A stretch of 63,779 nucleotides of DNA, the filler included, from Guillardia theta CCMP2712 (Eukaryota > Protista > Cryptophyta): NCBI RefSeq assembly GCF_000315625.1. It is 4 parts of 4 records of this genome, joined end to end, with 100 filler letters (N's around TTAATTAATTAA, not from the genome) between each part and the next. Parts side by side here need not be neighbours in the genome. Positions count along the whole stretch, not along the records: positions 56,130 to 63,779 come from NW_005434526.1; 3 more parts are not named here. The stretch is one strand, 5' to 3'. Positions within the stretch are counted from its first letter, which is position 1. Every line of letters begins with the position of its first letter. Below are positions 57,824 through 63,779 of this stretch, in pieces. A program made the translations under genes and the position numbers. Below the pieces are notes generated by a model. It worked only from the letters and a program-made list of their open reading frames with translations, made no database searches and was not told where the DNA came from.

Positions 57824-58679
57824 TGAAAGGCAGCACCGTGACGAGCCTCCACCTCCTTGAAAAATCCGTCAACGTTTCAAAAACGCAACGGCTGTCTTTT
57901 ACATCATCTAAAGTTTTTTTGTTGTCAGGGCCGACGCATGTCACGAGACGACTTTACTCCATGGCTGCGAGCTCTTGAATTCAAGTCGATTGAGTGGGTA
58001 AATCTGAGAATGATTGTCAAACGATGCGATCTCGCCGCATAGCGGTGTTTTATGATATGGAGTTTGTTCGTATTTCTCTCTGTAGTAAACCAAGAGTTTG
58101 CAACATGGCCGCGTCTTTCCACCAAGAACGCTGCCTGCCACGGAGCATTGAAGGCTGACAGGCGGCCAGAAAAAAACTCATCCCTCCCATCGAATCATTG
58201 GCACATAAACGTATCCGTGGTTTGATATCCAGTGAAACGGAACCTTTGGACGGGGGATAGAGTTGGGAGTAGTCCATCCAGGCTCCACAACACTCGGGGC
58301 GGCGAGTATATCTCTCAGTCAAGCAATCTCGCACACCTCTCCTCCTTCGGCACCTGCTCCCTCCCCATGCTCCCATGCTCCCTCCCCATGCTCCCATGCT
58401 CCCTGCTCCCTGCTCATGCCCCTAGCGCTGACGCTCCTGACGGGGAGTCCTTCCTCTCCTCCTTCCGCGCCATGTACGGCTCCTGCCCCTCCGTCTGCCC
58501 GGTCTCCGACGCCTCCAACCTGGTCACCGACTTCACTGCCCTAGAGCGAGCAGCGAGCACGATGCTGGACTGGAAGGAGGCAAAGGCTGAGGCTCTGCGA
58601 GACCTTGAGATTGAAATACGAGTTTGAGGTTGGATGTGTTGATGTGTATAGTTGTGTAATATAGGCGTTGACGAGAGCA

Positions 58680-58990
58680 GACCTGTTGTGTGGTGTGGAG
58701 GTACGCCTACACGCCTGCCACGCATAGATGAACCGAGAACACTCGCCATTGTACACGTTGTTCTTGCTCACTTTACATTTGAGCTCGGCACAAATGTTGT
58801 CAAGGTTGAACTGTGCCGTGTACGGCCACGTGTGCATTCCCAGGCGGCGGCAAGCGAGCTTGAGGGAAGAGCACGGTCTGTTTGAAAGGGACATCCCAAG
58901 AGCTTTCAGGTGCATTCGTGATCTTTAGTTCTGCTCCTTGCAGTCTCGCCGCAAACATATATTGATGGTACGGTTTACTTGCGATGCAGC
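58680..58990 (-). CDS. Degenerate RWP-RK domain transcription factor gene or pseudogene
   Basis: ALGMS...SSLKLACRRLGMHTWPY resembles the RWP-RK consensus LG...TTLKxxCRxLGIxRWP. Boundaries uncertain. Confidence 0.45.
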
Positions 58991-60500
58991 AGCTATTTGC
59001 CAGCATGTCGCGATTGGATCCGATGTCATTCTATGCTGTAACGTATCTGTGAGTAGCACTGGTAGATTGCTAGTCACCGCTATCCAATCACTGCCACTCA
59101 ACATCCGGTATACACCGGAAAGCTGCTTGCTTGCAAGCCTGGCTGTGTCGGCGCCAGCCACCGCACTCGGTTCTAGACGACAAGACGATGATAGACGGAC
59201 CAATGAACTCAGTCGGTGACTTGACCTGACGTAACATGCCGGCCGCTCGGCGCCTGACCTGAGGCTGCGTGTGGTATCTGATGATGACCCCCGCAGCGAT
59301 CTGGCGGCTGGCGGGAATGTATAGGCCGCCCGGCCGCACATGCCATAGAGCGAAGCCTGCTGATGGTACTAATGACGGTTCCGAGTTCAGTTCACAGTCA
59401 GCATGCCAGTGGCACACTAAGACGTAAGTTTGACAACCATGAGATACTGGACTAGTATGCCAGGCTCGACTCACCCGGCAGCACTGCCAGTAAATTCAGC
59501 CTGTGACTCGGAACCGTGGCAGTGAAACGGTGGCCGGGCGTACCCGCCGGGCAGATCGGGCCGGGTCCCGGACGGGGAACGGTTCTGCACTGACCCGGCC
59601 GCGTCGCCGGTATGTTCTACCGCGACAAACTATCGTTACTGAAGTGAAGCCTGTTAGCCTGGACTGAGGAACAGTCGTTCGGATCAGTCACAGTCCGACT
59701 GCAGCCGCCAGATCGGACACCGCCGCGCCCGGGGCGCGAGTCAGTCTTGCAAAACTTACTGCGGCGTCCAATCATCGAGTATGATTCCTTTCAATGTGTC
59801 GGAAGCCAACTACGTCCCAGTTCAAGGTTGAAGTTTGGATCATTGCTACTCAGTGTACCATGATAGTACTGCCAGTCCCACACAGCCGCTACCGTACTGG
59901 CAGCCTGTGCCAGTCGGGCCGGCGGCGGCCCGGGCGGCATTGACTCAGTGACTGGCCGGGCAGATGATACCCCGGGCCCGGTCTCGTGCCGAGCTCCGTA
60001 ATACTGTGGCCCCGGCCCAGCGAGGCCCGGAGTGCCGCCCCCCGGAGGCTCCGGGCCTCACGAGTCAGCACAGAGTCAGCAGTCAGGTCCCCTGGCCCGG
60101 CGGCGGCCGGGCCGGGAGGCAGGCCGGCGGCCGGGCGGGTCGTCAGACATGACTGAGGCGAGCACGAAGATGTGCCCGAAATGGAGTGTCGGGGAGACGG
60201 AGATGCAGGAGGAGGAGAAAGGGAGGTAGATGATGGCGATGCTGGGTGTGAGTGAGACTATGCTGGAGGAGAGAAGGGAAGATGACAGACATGAAGATGA
60301 GTAAGCATCAGTAGATGAAGCAAGCAGGGTCCTGGATGATTTGCACTAGTGGAAGACAGAAAGCGATCATTGGCTTTCGAGGAGGCAACGGTATGCACAG
60401 AAGGAAAGATATAAACAGAAGAACAACGGATTGTTCCATGAGACAAGATATGATTTGTATGTTTTGTTGATTTCAATGCACAGATTCGCATTGCTGCGAC

Positions 60501-61499
60501 ATGGCTCACGCGCGGGCCAGTGCTTTCTCCTTAGACCTGAAAGGGTGGTTGAAATTCGGTCAGAAGGCCGGCAACGATGTCGAGGAGGAGCAGAGATTGA
60601 GGCCTGAGACGTGGAGTGACAATTTCATCGGAAGCTTGATGAGGTCAATGCCCTCGGCGAGTGTTGGCGGTGGGCAGGCAAAGGACAAGAATCCCACCAC
60701 CAACGGTGACTGTTGAAATCTTGTAGTGTGCTGGTGTTTCGTTTCCTTTTGCCGTATTCTGAATTCCAGCGTTATCTGCTTGGTCTATGTTCCGCTCGAG
60801 CTGACTGCATGATTGAAAATGTTCCAGTCGATTTCGTTTATGTGATGTTGCTCTGTTGATAGTTACTGATACTCTTTCTCTTGGACTTTTTGCTTGAGCA
60901 GTTGTTCAACACGCTGCACCAATGACAAGCAAGCAGATCAGCAGAGACAATATGAGGTACGAGGAGCGAAAGCTGCTTATTACTCTTGATGTTGCTTTTG
61001 ATTTGTTGTGACCAGTTGTCTTGATTTGAGCTACGGCAAATTGGCGAGCACGGCGTTTGACGCAAATGTGAGAGCAAGAGAAGGGAGCGAGGCAGAGGAG
61101 GCAGGGAGTTAAGAGGAGGGTCTTGGGGGAGGAGGATGAGAAGGGAGTGAGAACCTGGAGGGATCAGAACCAGCTCAGTCTTCATGTTCTCACTTTTTCC
61201 TCTTCTTTTCAATCCTTCCCATCTCTCTTTTTGTCCTTGGGTTCATTTTGACTTTTGACTCAAAGGACTTTCCCTACCTGAAATCTTTGCGAATGGGAAA
61301 CAACAACTTGAAAGAGATCCTCCCGAATACGCTGAGAAGTACATCAACGGATTGAGAGCTGCTTGCAAAAAAGCTGAAACTGCCGACAGATTTGACCTGT
61401 TTGACCTGGCTCGAGCTCCACGACAACTCACTTGAGAATATCCCCGACGAGATCGGAAGACTTGTGTAATGATCCTCAAGTTTTTTTTGTTTCCCTCTG

Positions 61500-61562
<63 letters not shown>

Positions 61563-63762
61563 CTTTCTCTCCTGCTCATTTCCGTCTCTTGCTCCTCTAC
61601 CATCGAACTCTCTTTGTTTCGAGTGATTGCGTTGTATTGCATTCCCTCTCCTTCCTGTATTCCTCTCTTGTACTTCGCTTTTGGTTCTCATTCTGTTTCC
61701 TCTAGGGACCTCCGTGGCCTGTCGCTTCACGACAACAAGCTGACATCCTTGTCCCCGTCGCTCGCAAACCTTCACAAGCTCACCCTCCTCACTCTTTCCG
61801 GTGCAGAAAAGTCTCCTCCCTCCTCTTTTCTACCTCAAGTTCGATCTGCTCAACTCTGACTCTCCTCTTCTCACCTTGCTGCCTCATCCCTTCCCATCTC
61901 TTAACTCAACCTTATCCCCCCTCCTCCACCCCCTAACTTGCCTCCTCTCCTCACCTCACCTCACCTCTCCTACTCCTCTCCTACTCTCTCCTCTCCTCTC
62001 CTCCTCCTCCNNNNNNNNNNNNNNNNNNNNNNNNNNNNNNNNNNNNNNNNNNNNNNNNNNNNNNNNNNNNNNNNNNNNNNNNNNNNNNNNNNNNNNNNNN
62101 NNNNNNNNNNTCCTCCTCCTTCCCTCCCTCCCCTCCCCTCCCTCCCCTCCTACTCCTCCTCCTCCTCCTCCTCTCCTCCTCCTCTCCTCCTCCCTCCTCT
62201 CCTCTCCTCTCCTCTCCTCTCCTCCTCCTCTCCTCTCCTCTCCTCCTCCTCCTCCTTCCTCTCCTCTCCTCTCCTCTCCTCTCTTCTCCTCTCCTCTCCT
62301 CTCCTCTCCTACTCTCTCTTTCATTTCCTTGTGTCCCACAAGACGGCTTCTCATTCGTCTCACCCCTTTTCAGGCAACCATATACATCATTTCGATGAAG
62401 AAATCGGATTGAACCTGACAAATTTGAAAACTCTGGACATCTCCAAAAACGATTTTCCAAGTATACCGATGGCTGCCTGCCACATGGAATCATTGAGAAA
62501 GTTGGTTGTTGACGAAAATCATATCTCACAAATCCCGTCTGAGGTAAGAGAATGTACTCAATGAATGAGAGAAAACAACACGATTGAATTGGCGAATTGA
62601 CATGTGTGGTGATGTTTGCGGGACTTTGTTGGGTCGACACGTGCAAACTTGACTTCTGTTGTACAGATGTGCAACCTGGTGAGATTGGAGATGTTGTCAG
62701 CACGATCAAACAAGCTGCGTCAACTTCCCAGCGACTTCTCATGCCTTACTTGCTTGTCTGTCCTCAACCTCAGCCACAATGTGAGAGTTTGTGAAAACCC
62801 TTGACATCATTCGCTCTTCAGCCATGGATGTTGTTTTTCTCGTCAGTTTGCTTCATCGGCTTATTTGATTCTGCATCATTGTCGCAAGATCACCTAGAAA
62901 TGCTTTGTTCTCACTGCACTGAATGCAGGAATTCGATAGGATGCCATCGCTGGCAAAACTTGCGAGGTTGAAAGAACTGGTAACAATCAATGTTTCGAAA
63001 CCGGTTGCTGTTGTTGATGTTGATGTTGATGTATATTGTGAGAGGAGATGCGACATTGAGGGAATCAAGTTGTAACATGTGTTTCAGGACTTATCGCACA
63101 ATGACATCAGTATGGTTGTTGCTGGAGTTCTGCCGTCTCCGAACCATCTCCTCCGACTTGATTTATCTCACAATCACTTGGAACAAATATGTTGAAATCT
63201 GTTCTGCTCTGTCTCTTGTTTCCTGACTGGACTTCTTGCCTGTTTGGCAGCCTACGACTCTATCAAAGCTCTGGAAAACATAACAGACCTTGACATGTCA
63301 CACAATCAACTGCAGACTGTGAGTAGTTGCAACGAGGAGTTGATATGCAGTGATATGATGTGACAACGCGCGATGTGTGTTGTGTGATGGAATGCAAGGA
63401 GAAGAGAGGTGGGGCAACAGAGGAGATGGGGTGTGTGAGAAGACGTGCATGATAGTATGACGTTATGTGATCGTGATCGTGATTGGGATGTGATATGATA
63501 TGATATGATATGATATGATATGATATGATATGATATGATATGATATGATATGATATGATGTGATGTGATATGACGCGATGTGATGTGATGTGATGTGATG
63601 TGATGTGATGTGATGTGATATGATGTGATGTGATGTGATGTGATGTGATGTGATGTGATGTGATGTGACATATCTTCCTTGTTTCGTTTCCTTCAGATTC
63701 CTCTTTGCCTTGGCTCTCGCACGTCACTCACTATCCTAAATCTTGGACACAATTCGCTGCAG
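60501..63762 (+). CDS. Multi-exon leucine-rich-repeat protein (continues beyond the window)
   Basis: Exons LTWLELHDNSLENIP, LRGLSLHDNKLTSLS, LKTLDISKNDFPSIP, LRKLVVDENHISQIP, LSARSNKLRQLP and LNLGHNSLQ (LxxLxLxxNxL). Confidence 0.85.
63488..63668. repeat. (GATAT)n/(GATGT)n microsatellite in an LRR-gene intron
   Basis: Direct reading. Confidence 0.95.
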
Positions 63763-63779
63763 GTTTCCTCCTCCTCCTC

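Noticed and set aside
57857-58627. Possible gene between the 50-bp array and the RWP-RK-like region
   Set aside because: Only short ORFs with no recognisable motif or consistent exon chain; not supportable.
60501-63762. LRR gene as part of the CHAT-ARM immune cluster
   Set aside because: It lies on a different segment beyond a linker and has ordinary divergent LRRs.

Overview
Eukaryotic nuclear DNA with short spliceosomal introns and many microsatellites. Gene content and style suggest a cryptophyte alga (Guillardia/Hanusia-like); this is inference. Three artificial 100-bp linkers (N44-TTAATTAATTAA-N44 at 14629, 24095 and 56030) join four segments whose adjacency is not guaranteed. Segment 1 (1-14628) is housekeeping: a TMTC-type and a TMEM260-type protein O-mannosyltransferase head-to-head, PRP3, a gamma-carbonic-anhydrase-like gene and SRP72. 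Segment 2 (14729-24094) holds a coiled-coil gene and a young, full-length Ty3/Gypsy chromovirus (identical 171-bp LTRs, GCTTG target-site duplication) inserted into a small HTH gene. Segment 3 (24195-56029) is the highlight: a tandemly amplified cluster encoding a CHAT (caspase-like, His/Cys dyad) protease fused to arrays of near-identical 43-aa armadillo repeats (17, 19 and 13 full repeats, plus a one-repeat relic). Repeat variation is concentrated on the ligand-binding H3 helix. The cluster is co-duplicated with a divergently transcribed coiled-coil gene and includes an ARM-less CHAT paralog. It is a candidate hypervariable-repeat innate-immune or non-self-recognition protease system. Segment 4 (56130-63779) has an FAH-family gene, a 50-bp tandem array, a degenerate RWP-RK gene and an LRR gene.
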